From: Flavobacteriales bacterium UBA7690
GTDB taxonomy: Bacteria > Bacteroidota > Bacteroidia > Flavobacteriales_F > PHOS-HE28
NCBI GenBank assembly: GCA_002482775.1
Contig: DLGQ01000045.1
Location: 33,242 to 90,873 of the forward strand
Length of the DNA stretch: 57,632 nt
Reading direction: 5' to 3'
Below are positions 48,098 through 57,632 of this stretch, piece after piece. The notes under the pieces were generated by a model. It did not search any database. It was not told the DNA's origin and was given only the letters and a program-made list of their open reading frames with translations. The translations under genes were made by a program, and so were the position numbers. The first letter of the stretch is position 1; every line of letters starts with the position of its first letter.

Positions 48098-50278
48098 TCA
48101 GTGTTTCATGAACTTACCCTGCCCGACTGCTGTGCGGATGAGGTAGGTTCCCTTCGCCAGCGAACGCACATCGAGTTCGGTCAGGTGGCCTTGCACCCGC
48201 GCGGTCACGGTGAGTGTGCGGCCATCGATGCTGAGCAGTTCGATACCTTCAAGCGGCGTGTTTCTTGTTGATCTCACAACGACGATATCCGTAGCGGGGT
48301 TGGGTGAGATGCTGAGTTCGTCCGAGTCGTGTGGTGTGATGGAGGTACTGAACTCCGCCACGAGCACGCTCGGCTCGGTGATCACCGGCTCGTTGAAGTC
48401 GAAGTAGATGTTGGCGATGTTCTCGAAGACCGTTCCGGCAAGTACTGGCGCGTGCGGCCGGATCCGGAAGTTCACCAGACCATGGCTGGCTGCTTCATTG
48501 GTAGCGCTATCGGGGAGCATGATCTGGGAGAAGGTCCACTCCACGGTGCGGTCGGGTTTCAAGGCAAGGGCGAAGGGATGCGATGCCACACCTTGCTGGA
48601 AGGAGGAGGGGTCCAGCAGTACGCTCAACGTGTCGGTGATCACCACCGTAAACGCTGTATCCGTTCCCGTGTTCTGGAAGCGGATGGTGTAATCGATCCA
48701 TTCGTCCTCATCGATGAAGTACTGATCGTCGCTGGTGCGTGTGCTGGTGGTGGCGCGTTTGTCGTTGGGGTCGTAGCTGCCGGTGACCACATCGTTGCTC
48801 ACGGCGGTGTTGTTGGCCAAGGTGGCTTCGTTCAACGTGTTCTCCGCAGTGAGCGATGACGTGAGCGTAGTTCCCAAGGGTGTGTTCGCAGGAACGTTCA
48901 CGACCACGGTGAACTGCTGCATCTGCAAAGCCGTGAAGAGCGAGAACTGCCAGGTGAGCGTGTTACCTGCCGCGTTGGTCGGGGGCGGTGTGGCGCTGGT
49001 GTAGGTCAATGCATCATCGATGGTGAAAGTGACAGTGACCGGCCCGCTCACTTGTGGGGAGAGGTTGCGCACGCGCCCATGGAACGATCCAGCGAAGCCC
49101 GGTCGCATGAAGCTTGAGGAAACATCGGTCGCGATATCGAGCAACATGGTGCTGCTGTTGGCCATATCGATCACACTTTGGTTGGAGGCGATGGTGAACG
49201 GGATCAGGGTGGGAGCCGGGCAGAGTTGGATTAGCGTGGGGTCCGTCTGGCGCAAGGTGTATGCACCATCGGGTAGGTCGACGGCGTACTGGCCGTTGAT
49301 GTCCGTGATCGTGTAGCTGGGGCCGGGTAATATCTCCAACACTTGGTAGGGAACACCCACTTCGGCCGCATCCTGCGCACAGTCCTCATCGTTATCGATG
49401 TAGGTGCGGCCGCTCACCGAGCCGCAATCGGGCCCCAGGTCCGGAATGGTGAAGGCGATCCGATCGAACGGCACGTTCTCGCATGAGTATGCCATGTACT
49501 GGCCAAAGGGGTCCCAATTGCGCACGAACTCGTAGTTGCCGGGCGCGAGGTCGGTGAGGTTGATGGTGTTGCCCACTTGATCGCCACCATTGACCCAGTT
49601 CTGTGCGGCATCGACCAGCGTCCACTGCGGTGCGGTCCAGAAACTGCCGTCGTTGATGTTGGAGATGGTTGCCCTGCCGCCGTTGCCGTTGGTACACGAG
49701 CCCTGAATACCGCTTGATGACATGTTCGGCCCGCCGTTCAATTGTGGTGAAACGATCATCTGGGTGAGTGTGCCAGTGCAGCCGTTGGCGTCGGTCACGA
49801 GGAGGTCAACCGTAGATCCGGGTGGGGTGCCGAAGAAGACGAAATACGGATCACCTTGTGGGTCATAGCCGTCCGGTGGTGGTGAGTAGGAGTAGGGTGG
49901 TGTGCCGTTCATACCGTACTCGATCACCTGGACTTGTCCACTACTGGATCCGGTGCAGCTAGCGTGGCCATCCTGGGCGCTATAGGAGCTGCCCTGTATC
50001 GGCGTGTCGTACACGTACCAACTGCCGTTGGCTTCGTCGCTGTTGGAGTCGGTGACCGTAACGGAATATGGCCCGGGCAGTAGTCCGGTGATATCCTCGG
50101 TGATGGCGCCATTGCTCCACTGATAGGCATAAGGCGGCGTTCCTCCGGTAACCGAAATGTCGATGGCGCCTGAAGGTGCGCCACACGGGGAGTTCAGAAT
50201 GGTGTACACCTGCACCTGGATGGCCGAAACAGGGAGGGTGAGCAGCAGGAGGATAGCGGCGGCGGAGAGTGATCTCAT
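48098..50278 (-). CDS. T9SS type A cargo protein with SprB-type repeat, SdrD/DUF11-like and SYDPNDK (DUF7619-like) domains
   Basis: GGTPPYAYQWSNG...YSVTVTD; SGRTYIDNDEDC; GSYDPNDK...YTIRFQNTGT...IYFDFNEPVIT; CTD ISPNPA...GTYLI...KFMKH. Confidence 0.88.
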   Translation of the reverse strand: MRSLSAAAILLLLTLPVSAIQVQVYTILNSPCGAPSGAIDISVTGGTPPYAYQWSNGAITEDITGLLPGPYSVTVTDSNSDEANGSWYVYDTPIQGSSYSAQDGHASCTGSSSGQVQVIEYGMNGTPPYSYSPPPDGYDPQGDPYFVFFGTPPGSTVDLLVTDANGCTGTLTQMIVSPQLNGGPNMSSSGIQGSCTNGNGGRATISNINDGSFWTAPQWTLVDAAQNWVNGGDQVGNTINLTDLAPGNYEFVRNWDPFGQYMAYSCENVPFDRIAFTIPDLGPDCGSVSGRTYIDNDEDCAQDAAEVGVPYQVLEILPGPSYTITDINGQYAVDLPDGAYTLRQTDPTLIQLCPAPTLIPFTIASNQSVIDMANSSTMLLDIATDVSSSFMRPGFAGSFHGRVRNLSPQVSGPVTVTFTIDDALTYTSATPPPTNAAGNTLTWQFSLFTALQMQQFTVVVNVPANTPLGTTLTSSLTAENTLNEATLANNTAVSNDVVTGSYDPNDKRATTSTRTSDDQYFIDEDEWIDYTIRFQNTGTDTAFTVVITDTLSVLLDPSSFQQGVASHPFALALKPDRTVEWTFSQIMLPDSATNEAASHGLVNFRIRPHAPVLAGTVFENIANIYFDFNEPVITEPSVLVAEFSTSITPHDSDELSISPNPATDIVVVRSTRNTPLEGIELLSIDGRTLTVTARVQGHLTELDVRSLAKGTYLIRTAVGQGKFMKH

Positions 50279-50434
50279 GTAACGTGCAATAGGTTCGTGA
50301 TCTCAGGTGGGGCCGTTGTTCAAAGGAAAGACGTACCCTGCGGAAAGGGATGCCTGAAGCTAAGCTATTGGTTCTCAACCGGGGATGCTGGGAAGCTCGC
50401 GATCAAAGACGCGGAGTGAAGTGGTCGATGGTCC

Positions 50435-50442
50435 TACCTTCG
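50435..50442 (+). promoter_or_regulatory. -7 promoter element (TACCTTCG) for ppx
   Basis: TAnnTTCG variant 4 nt before ATC 50447. Confidence 0.55.
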
Positions 50443-50446
50443 CAGC

Positions 50447-51373
50447 ATCGCCCGCGAGCTCACATATGCTGCCATCGACATCGGTTCCAACGCCGTGCGT
50501 CTTCTGGTCGGTGAAGTGATCGAGCGCGATGACCATCCGGTGATCAAGAAGCAGACGCTGGTGCGTGTGCCGATCCGCTTGGGCGAGGATGTGTTCGACT
50601 TCGGGTCCATCGGTGCTGCGAAGCGCGATTACCTGATCAAGAGCTTGAAGGCGTTCCGGCTGCTCACCGATGTGTATGGCGTCCCTTACCTGCGGTGTTG
50701 CGCCACCAGCGCCATGCGCGAAGCCACCAACCGCGACCAGATCATCGCGCGGGTGGAAATGGACAGCGGGGTCCACATCGAAGTGATCGGTGGTCGCGTG
50801 GAAGCGGACCTCATCGTGAACACGTTCTGGACACAGGACCTGCTGAAGGATCGCAGCTACCTCTACATTGATGTTGGTGGCGGAAGCACCGAGCTCACCT
50901 GGTTGGAGAAAGGCAGGCGAGTGAAAAGCGCCAGTTTCAAGATCGGCACGGTGCGTACGCTGAAGGGCAAAGTGCAACCGGAGAGTTGGGCGGAGATGCA
51001 AGCATTCCTGGAAGATCTTCGCGCGCAACACGGCTCGCTGATGGCCATCGGAACGGGAGGTAACATCAACCGTATCTTCAAGGAGAACGGCAATGCTTTC
51101 GGTGAACCATTGTCACGCATCGACATCAAGGAGCAGCGTGATCGCATCGCGAACTACTCCTTCGAGGATCGCGTGAAGGTGTTGCGTTTGCGACCTGATC
51201 GTGCTGACGTGATCATACCCGCTGCGGACATCTTCCTTCAGGTGATGGAAAGCGCCGGCATCGAAGAAGTGTTCGTTCCGAAGGTCGGTCTGGCGGATGG
51301 TATCATCTACGACCTGTACATGAAGCAGTACGGGAACGTGCGGTATCCGAAGGCTGAGCCGGTGGGGGCCTAG
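50447..51373 (+). CDS. ppx: Exopolyphosphatase, Ppx/GppA family (short form)
   Basis: YAAIDIGSNAVRL, IRLGEDVF, ATSAMREA, IDVGGGSTE, GTGGNIN, DRADVIIPA. The conserved N-terminal motif lies upstream of the ORF-track GTG (50495), so the start is inferred at ATC 50447. Confidence 0.9.
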   Translation: MARELTYAAIDIGSNAVRLLVGEVIERDDHPVIKKQTLVRVPIRLGEDVFDFGSIGAAKRDYLIKSLKAFRLLTDVYGVPYLRCCATSAMREATNRDQIIARVEMDSGVHIEVIGGRVEADLIVNTFWTQDLLKDRSYLYIDVGGGSTELTWLEKGRRVKSASFKIGTVRTLKGKVQPESWAEMQAFLEDLRAQHGSLMAIGTGGNINRIFKENGNAFGEPLSRIDIKEQRDRIANYSFEDRVKVLRLRPDRADVIIPAADIFLQVMESAGIEEVFVPKVGLADGIIYDLYMKQYGNVRYPKAEPVGA

Positions 51374-51494
51374 TGCTTCGTGCCGATCAGTTCAATTTGC
51401 GAACGGGAGGGAGCGCTGCGGTGTACTTGAACCCGATCCGGGATAAGCTGAGTTGGATCCCGATCAAAAGGTCGTTGGTGCGTTGCGATGCCCT

Positions 51495-52469
51495 CTAGTC
51501 CTTCTTGATCACTTGTCCGGTGAAGTTGACGCCATTGCCGTTGATGCGAGCGAAGTACATGCCAGGCACCAGTGCGGTGATATCGATCGGTGTGATGGGG
51601 TCTGTGATCCGGGTTGACTGCACGATCCTCCCCATGGCGTCCACTATTTCCAGTTCTGCGGGCAAGGTATGTTCCCATTCCACGAAGAAGCGGTCTTCAG
51701 CCGGGTTCGGGAAAATGCGGATCGGGGAGCTACTCGTCCGGTCACCGATGCTAGTGATCGGATCCATGATGCACCGGCACGCCATGGCATGGCCATTATA
51801 GGCGAAGTAGGGGTCGTCGTAGTAGGTGAATACTTCGGGCAGGCGGTAGAGCACGCGTGCATAGGACATCAGGTTGCCGTTTGGTGTACTGGTCCAGAAC
51901 AGGGCCCCAGTACCGGAGCCATTGTAGTTCCCGTCGAAATACCAATACCTGAACCCGGCAGGCTTGGCCGAGAAGCCACTGGCATTGGTGGCACCAGGGT
52001 CGGGTTGCATCCATCCTTGCTGGGAGCGGAGCGCATCGGAAGCTACTGCTGCTCCACCGAAGGCATCCACGAGCTCATCCCAGTCGGTGTTGCTCGCCAC
52101 GCTCCAGCCTTCGGGGCAGATCCCGCGCGGATCCGCCACGGCCCACCAGTTGTAGAGTTTACCCCAATCTTCCCCCCATTGATCCACATCCAAATAGGCA
52201 CCGATCAGCGTGTAGTTCCACTCGTACACGGTAAGGTCGCTCATGATCGGCCAACCGTTCCGATAGTGGCCTGCACGTAGGTTCTCGGCCATCCAGCATC
52301 GATCCCCGACCTGCACCACACTGTACTCGTTCCCGTCAACATCGGACACCGTGGTAGGGCAATCCTGTGCGCTTAGTGTGGTACCAAGCAATATGGTCAC
52401 GAGCCCTGGAAGAAGAGACTTCGGTCCGTTCGATCGCAGTGGCCACCAGGGGCCGTACTTGTTCAGCAT
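51495..52469 (-). CDS. FISUMP (Fibrobacter succinogenes major paralogous) domain protein with T9SS type A CTD
   Basis: DVDGNEYSVVQVGDRCWMAENL, GKLYNW, ICPEGW, NASGFSAKPAG, FWTST, CRCIMD; CTD IFPNPA...GMYF...IKKD. Confidence 0.88.
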   Translation of the reverse strand: MLNKYGPWWPLRSNGPKSLLPGLVTILLGTTLSAQDCPTTVSDVDGNEYSVVQVGDRCWMAENLRAGHYRNGWPIMSDLTVYEWNYTLIGAYLDVDQWGEDWGKLYNWWAVADPRGICPEGWSVASNTDWDELVDAFGGAAVASDALRSQQGWMQPDPGATNASGFSAKPAGFRYWYFDGNYNGSGTGALFWTSTPNGNLMSYARVLYRLPEVFTYYDDPYFAYNGHAMACRCIMDPITSIGDRTSSSPIRIFPNPAEDRFFVEWEHTLPAELEIVDAMGRIVQSTRITDPITPIDITALVPGMYFARINGNGVNFTGQVIKKD

Positions 52470-52563
52470 GTTCGACGGAGGATAGGGCGTAGCGAAAATA
52501 CTACAAATCGTCGATCGTTTGTGTTGTAAAGGTTACCTTAGCTACGGGCCCAAGGAAAATGAC

Positions 52564-54456
52564 ATGCATGACATGCTTCGATCTATCGTTGTTCTAGCCC
52601 TCATTGCATTTAGTAGCGCTGTGTTGGCACAGGAAGTGTGCGACAACGGGGTGGACGATGATGGCAACGGCCTTATCGACCTGAACGATCCAGGCTGTCG
52701 CTGTTCCGCGGTGCTTAACCCGGGCAGCGTCACCTCGTTCTTCCCTAACCATTCGTTCGAGCAACTCAACACGGTAGGGCAGTGTTGTCCGGTATCCTTC
52801 GGAGCGAACCAATACGACCCGTTCAATTGCCTGAACGGATGGAACCAGACCACTTGGGGCACGAGCGATTACATGAACCCGTGTGGGTATTACCCTCCGG
52901 TTTTCCCTCCACCACCGAATGGAGGGGCGTACATCGGGTTCATCGCGACCAACGGTTACCAAGAGTATGTTGGGCGCTGTCTCCCTACCACCACACTGCA
53001 AGCCGGAGTTGAGTACACCCTGTCCTTCTGGATCCATAGCACATCGATCGGCATCCGATATCCGGGTGCCATCGTGGAAAGCCTCGGCGTGTATTACAAC
53101 GACCCCATCCCCATCACGGTCTATGGCACACCTGCTTGCCAGTGGACCGCCTCATCCACACTAGGATGTCTGGGGGTTGATACCACGTTCGTTCAAGAAG
53201 GTGTCACGTTCACGCATGAAGCGTGGCCTGTGCTTGCCAGTGTGGAGTACGTACCTGTAGCGGAGTGGCAGCAGGTAAGTGTCACGTTCACCCCTACGAC
53301 CACGATACAACGTGTTGCCATCGGTGGGGCGTGTTCACTTCCGCCAAGCTATGCGGCACGCACCGAGGTGGTGCATGGCGATACGGTGAACTTCAACCCC
53401 TATTTCTTGGTTGATGAGTTGATGCTGAACGTGGCCACTTCTTTCGAGACACTTCCAGTGTCGGTGGTTGGCGATGTATGCTCGGGGGATCTGTTGCTGA
53501 CGGCCACACCTCCGGCAGGATCCACGGACTTCCAATGGTACCATGATGGTGTCGCGATCGTGGGTTCCACTACTGTGCAATTTGATGCTGGTGCCCTGGG
53601 TCTCGGTTCGGGTGTGTATTCGTTCACCTGCAACACGGGAGGTGAATGCCTAATGGGATGGGCAACAGCGGCAGGACCGGATAGTACACCGGACGTTTCC
53701 ATAGGTCCTGAAGAAGGTTGTGTGCCGTTGACGGTCACGTTCTCCGAGTATGGACACACTTCCGGCTCCACCATTGATTGGTGGTTCGGTGATGGGGGTA
53801 TTGCTTCTGGTCCTACGGTGGAGCACACCTATACCACACCGGGTATCTACGATGTGCGTGTGCTGGTGAACACTCCACAGGGTTGTGTGCTGGATAGCAC
53901 GTTCATCGCGGCTGTGGTGGCGCACCCGCTCCCCCAGGTCACCTTCATCGCGTCCCCGACACAGGTGTTCGTGGGCGCAACGCAGGTGGTCCTTGAAGAC
54001 CAGACACAGGGTGCGGTATCCACGCGGCTTTGGGATCTGGATATGGTACCACCGTTCACCGCCGACGCCATTTCGTTACAAGTGTCGCTTCCCGATCTGC
54101 CGGGCTCCTATCCCGTTACGTTGACGGTCACCGATGATCATGGCTGCGAGGGTTCTGCCACCACCACGCTCTTGGTCTTGGATGGTTCGCTGCCGGAGAT
54201 GCCCAACGTTTTCAGCCCGAACGGCGATGGGCGCAACGATGTGTTCGCCCCGCTGGCAGCTTGGAACGGCCCAGGTGAATTGAACATCTACAACCGATGG
54301 GGGCAGCTGCTATACACCACGGATACTCCTGGTGCGGGATGGGATGGGCGAGTGAACGGGATGGAGGCCTCTGATGGGACATACTACTATGAGCTTACGG
54401 TGCATGGCCCAACGGGATCCTCCTCGTCAGCGGGTTTTCTTCAACTGGTACGTTGA
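52564..54456 (+). CDS. T9SS type B cargo (gliding-motility-associated CTD) with PKD domains, paralogue 1
   Basis: Signal peptide VLA/Q; EVCDNGVDDDGNGLID; WWFGDG...HTYTTPG PKD; MPNVFSPNGDGRND...IYNRWG...WDG...GTYYY; upstream TACCTTAG box (52534-52541). Confidence 0.9.
   Translation: MHDMLRSIVVLALIAFSSAVLAQEVCDNGVDDDGNGLIDLNDPGCRCSAVLNPGSVTSFFPNHSFEQLNTVGQCCPVSFGANQYDPFNCLNGWNQTTWGTSDYMNPCGYYPPVFPPPPNGGAYIGFIATNGYQEYVGRCLPTTTLQAGVEYTLSFWIHSTSIGIRYPGAIVESLGVYYNDPIPITVYGTPACQWTASSTLGCLGVDTTFVQEGVTFTHEAWPVLASVEYVPVAEWQQVSVTFTPTTTIQRVAIGGACSLPPSYAARTEVVHGDTVNFNPYFLVDELMLNVATSFETLPVSVVGDVCSGDLLLTATPPAGSTDFQWYHDGVAIVGSTTVQFDAGALGLGSGVYSFTCNTGGECLMGWATAAGPDSTPDVSIGPEEGCVPLTVTFSEYGHTSGSTIDWWFGDGGIASGPTVEHTYTTPGIYDVRVLVNTPQGCVLDSTFIAAVVAHPLPQVTFIASPTQVFVGATQVVLEDQTQGAVSTRLWDLDMVPPFTADAISLQVSLPDLPGSYPVTLTVTDDHGCEGSATTTLLVLDGSLPEMPNVFSPNGDGRNDVFAPLAAWNGPGELNIYNRWGQLLYTTDTPGAGWDGRVNGMEASDGTYYYELTVHGPTGSSSSAGFLQLVR
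52626..52669 (+). repeat. 44-bp perfect direct repeat, copy 1
   Basis: ggcacaggaagtgtgcgacaacggggtggacgatgatggcaacg, identical to 54658-54701. Confidence 0.9.
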
Positions 54457-54613
54457 GATGAGTGCAGGAAAATGGGTCAAAATGGCCATGGGGAACTTGT
54501 GGGACCTGCTCTCGTACCCGGTCCGTGATCCTTATTCTACTTCCCGGCTGGACGCGCTACCGGCAAGGCTGGCCAGCACCTCGTGTGCGTTATCGAAAGG
54601 GCGCGCGCTGGGT

Positions 54614-56425
54614 ATGCAGGTAGTACTGCTTCTGGTATTGGTGCCAGTGGCAGTATCGGCACAGGAAGTGTGCGACAACGGGGTGGACGATGATGGCAAC
54701 GCCTTGGTGGATCTGAACGACCCGGCCTGCCAATGCAACACGATGATATCCAGCGGCGCTGCATCGTTCATTCCCAATCCGTCCTTCGAAGAACAGTTGT
54801 GCTGTCCATATTGGTACAACTTCAGTAACGAACCACCCTGGTTCAATTGTGCACAGCAATGGCAACAGGCCACGCAGCCGACCACAGACCTGTTCGATGC
54901 GTGTGGCCTATACCCGAACGTATTCCCCATCCCGCCTCCGGATGGGGATGCCTTCGTAGGTATGCGCGTGGTCGAGGGTTGGCAGGAATACGTAGGAGCA
55001 TGCTTGTCCTATCCAGGGCAAACAACGCTGATCACCGCCGGGGGAACGTACACCCTCTCGTTCCACGTAGCCGCCACGTCCATCCGTGTATTGGGCAACC
55101 AGACCTTCAGCGATGGAGCATTCTACGCGGACCCTGTCCCACTGGCCGTGTTCGGGCTGGAATACTGTGTACCCTTTCCCGTTGCCACGGTGGATTGCCC
55201 GGGTTCCGTGGGGTGGGTGGAATTGGGCTCGATGGACTACTATGGCGATGGTGGTTGGAGCCAGGTCTCGTTCACCTTCACCCCGGACACGGACATACGC
55301 ACGGTCATGATCGGTACGGGGTGTGCGTTGCCACCGTCATTCTCCGGTGGTGCAGAGGATAGTCTGCAGTTCACGCCTTATTTGTTGTTGGACGACCTGG
55401 TCCTAACCGAAGCAACGGATCAGGTATTGACACCGGTGACGAGCACGGGGCATTATTGTTCCGGGAACGTGGTCGTATCGGCGAGTCCTCCGGCTACGGC
55501 CACGGATCATCAGTGGTACTTGGATGGTGTGGCCTTGGTAGGGCTGACGGATCCAACACTGAACGTATCCGCATTGGGACTTGGTCACGGCACGTACACG
55601 TTCGCTAGCACCTACAACGGCCAATGCCTCATGGGAAGCACCAACGTACAAGGCCCTATTACGCCCACTCCTGCATTCGCGATCGGCCCCTTGGTCGGCT
55701 GCGCGCCACTTACAGTGGAGTTCCTCGACACGACAGGCGCGCCGGTGGTTGCTACGGCGTGGGATCTCGGCGACGGCACCACCGCCGCCGTCCCTGAAGT
55801 TGTCCATACCTACACCGTGCCGGGGTCGTATGATATCCAATTGACCATTCGTACGGACATGGGATGCGAACAGGATAGCCTCATGCCGGCGCTGATCGAA
55901 GTGGTCGACGAGCCGATAGCCGTAGCGCTGGTGATCCCGAACCCATCGCCAGCATCATCGCCTGTCGTGCTGGAGGGAGGCGGATCCTCCGGCGGAGTGA
56001 TCCTCTGGCACTGGGATGTTGGAAGTATCATTCCCGGCACACTGGAGGGAGAACAGGTGAACGGTACAGCGCCCGACATACCGGGTACCTATCCGGTCAG
56101 GCTCGCCGTTTCGGGCGCCTTGGGATGTGTGGATACGGTGTGGACGCAGCTTATCGTGGTGGGCGATATCACCATGCCCAATGTGTTCACCCCGAATGGT
56201 GATGGCGACAACGACCTGTTCCTTCCGCTCGAGGTGTCGGGAGTGGAGGGTACACTGGAGATCCACAACCGCTGGGGCCAGGTCATCTACAGCACGAACC
56301 GTATCGATGCGGGTTGGGATGGCCGCGTGCAGGGCCAGCTAGCATCCGAGGGCACGTACTACTACCTGGTCACTCCGGCAGGGGAAGGCGAAGCCCTGCA
56401 CGGGCACTTCATGTTGTTGCGTTGA
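54614..56425 (+). CDS. T9SS type B cargo with PKD domain, paralogue 2
   Basis: MQVVLLLVLVPVAVSA/QEVCDNG (in-frame ATG 54458 is an alternative start); WDLGDG PKD; MPNVFTPNGDGDND...HNRWG...GTYYY. Confidence 0.88.
   Translation: MQVVLLLVLVPVAVSAQEVCDNGVDDDGNALVDLNDPACQCNTMISSGAASFIPNPSFEEQLCCPYWYNFSNEPPWFNCAQQWQQATQPTTDLFDACGLYPNVFPIPPPDGDAFVGMRVVEGWQEYVGACLSYPGQTTLITAGGTYTLSFHVAATSIRVLGNQTFSDGAFYADPVPLAVFGLEYCVPFPVATVDCPGSVGWVELGSMDYYGDGGWSQVSFTFTPDTDIRTVMIGTGCALPPSFSGGAEDSLQFTPYLLLDDLVLTEATDQVLTPVTSTGHYCSGNVVVSASPPATATDHQWYLDGVALVGLTDPTLNVSALGLGHGTYTFASTYNGQCLMGSTNVQGPITPTPAFAIGPLVGCAPLTVEFLDTTGAPVVATAWDLGDGTTAAVPEVVHTYTVPGSYDIQLTIRTDMGCEQDSLMPALIEVVDEPIAVALVIPNPSPASSPVVLEGGGSSGGVILWHWDVGSIIPGTLEGEQVNGTAPDIPGTYPVRLAVSGALGCVDTVWTQLIVVGDITMPNVFTPNGDGDNDLFLPLEVSGVEGTLEIHNRWGQVIYSTNRIDAGWDGRVQGQLASEGTYYYLVTPAGEGEALHGHFMLLR
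54658..54701 (+). repeat. 44-bp perfect direct repeat, copy 2
   Basis: Identical to 52626-52669. Confidence 0.9.
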
Positions 56426-56471
56426 AGGTTCCTGAAAGGAGGCTATGCAGTAAAGTGCGCCATGGATCGGC

Positions 56472-57632
56472 TCACACCCGCCCCCCCTTGATCTCTTCCA
56501 CCACCGCCGGATCCAGTAGCGTAGAGGTATCCCCCAAACTCTCCAGTTCGTTCTCCGCCACCTTCCGCAGGATGCGCCGCATGATCTTGCCACTGCGCGT
56601 TTTCGGCAACCCGCTCACGAACTGGATCTTATCCGGCTTGGCGATGGGGCCGATCACTTTCGTTACGGTAGCGAGGATCTCGGCGCGGGCTTGGTCGGGG
56701 TCGGTGATGGGTTTCTCGGCGATCACATAGGCGTAGATGCCCTGGCCCTTGATGTCATGGGGGTAGCCCACCACAGCGCTCTCCACCACCCATTCGCTTT
56801 CGTTGATGGCGTTCTCGATCTCGGCGGTTCCGAAACGGTGGCCGCTCACGTTGATCACGTCGTCCACACGACCGATGATCCGGTAACGGCCATCGCTATC
56901 TCGACGTGCGCCATCGCCGGTGAAGTAGTAGCCTTTGTAACTGCTGAAATAGGTCTGGCGGCAACGTTCGTGATCACCGTAGGTGGTGCGGATGATGCTG
57001 GGCCACGGGAATTTGATCGCGAGCAATCCTTCGACGTCGTTCTCAAGGATCTCCTTGCCGTCGGCGGTCAGCAGCACGGGTTGCACGCCGGGCATGGGCC
57101 AGGCGGCGTAGCTCGGTTTCTCGTCGGTGACACCCGCCATGGACGAGATCAGGATGCCGCCGGTCTCCGTTTGCCACCACGTGTCCACGATGGGGCAGTT
57201 GTTCTTGCCGATATGCTCCTTGTACCAATGCCAGGCTTCCTCGTTGATCGGTTCGCCCACACTGCCGATCACTTTCAAAGAGGCGAGCGAGTAGGGGTTC
57301 ACGAAGTCGAGGCCTTGCGCCATCAATGAACGGATCGCGGTGGGCGCGGTATAGAAGATGTTGACCTGCTGTTTGTCGATCACCTGCCAGAAACGGCCGG
57401 CATCGGGGAAGGTGGGAACGCCTTCGAACACGAGGGAAGTCGCGCCAGCAAGTAGTGGTCCGTAGATGATGTACGAGTGCCCGGTCACCCAGCCCACATC
57501 GGCGGTACACCAGAACACATCCTGCTCTTCGTATTGGAACACGTTGCGGAAGGTGTAGTCCGTGTAGACCATGTAGCCGCCGCACGTGTGTACCACGCCC
57601 TTGGGTTTGCCCGTGCTGCCACTGGTGTAGAG
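56472..57632 (-). CDS. acs: Acetyl-CoA synthetase, 5' end outside window
   Basis: [60 protein letters not shown]. Confidence 0.97.
   Translation of the reverse strand, partial: LYTSGSTGKPKGVVHTCGGYMVYTDYTFRNVFQYEEQDVFWCTADVGWVTGHSYIIYGPLLAGATSLVFEGVPTFPDAGRFWQVIDKQQVNIFYTAPTAIRSLMAQGLDFVNPYSLASLKVIGSVGEPINEEAWHWYKEHIGKNNCPIVDTWWQTETGGILISSMAGVTDEKPSYAAWPMPGVQPVLLTADGKEILENDVEGLLAIKFPWPSIIRTTYGDHERCRQTYFSSYKGYYFTGDGARRDSDGRYRIIGRVDDVINVSGHRFGTAEIENAINESEWVVESAVVGYPHDIKGQGIYAYVIAEKPITDPDQARAEILATVTKVIGPIAKPDKIQFVSGLPKTRSGKIMRRILRKVAENELESLGDTSTLLDPAVVEEIKGGRV

Noticed and set aside
7397-48100. Tail-to-tail overlaps (7397-7412, 13283-13299) and abutting stop codons at 48095-48100
   Set aside because: Common in compact bacterial genomes; no further signal.
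34460-51416. 13-bp match cgggagggagcgc in two intergenic regions (34460 and 51404)
   Set aside because: Matches of this length are expected by chance in 57 kb, and the flanks do not extend the match.
767-57585. Many long ORFs antisense to real genes (e.g. 767..1507, 1695..2846, 2878..3837, 27208..28578, 42604..44238, 45455..46759)
   Set aside because: They shadow well-supported genes on the opposite strand, show no recognisable motifs, and are expected from codon bias in high-GC DNA.

Overview
High-GC Bacteroidota (Flavobacteriales-like) chromosomal window. Left arm, housekeeping and envelope genes: partial pnp, rpsO, accD, class I aldolase, a BamA/TamL-family protein, a TrmH methyltransferase, an FAD oxidoreductase, porT, ubiE/menG, heptose-7-P kinase, an aminotransferase and meaB. 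Right arm: a second aminotransferase, three DUF1573 genes, valS, ppx and partial acs. Between the arms lies a ~27.5 kb island (14.9-42.4 kb) of type IX secretion (T9SS) cargo genes. Four co-oriented paralogues share a Cys-rich C-terminal core under variable repeat stalks, and three of them sit directly downstream of a small, related, signal-peptide-bearing partner gene. The island also holds an oppositely oriented 3377-aa adhesin-like gene and a decayed IS3 fragment. Four more T9SS cargo genes lie at 48-56 kb, including two tandem type B paralogues that share a perfect 44-bp repeat at the signal-peptide junction. Bacteroidota -7 promoter boxes are visible, several exactly 4 nt before a start codon. 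The ppx gene lacks a canonical start codon upstream of its conserved N-terminal motif and probably begins at ATC. No rRNA, tRNA or CRISPR array was recognised. Domain calls come from motif recognition by eye, not database searches.
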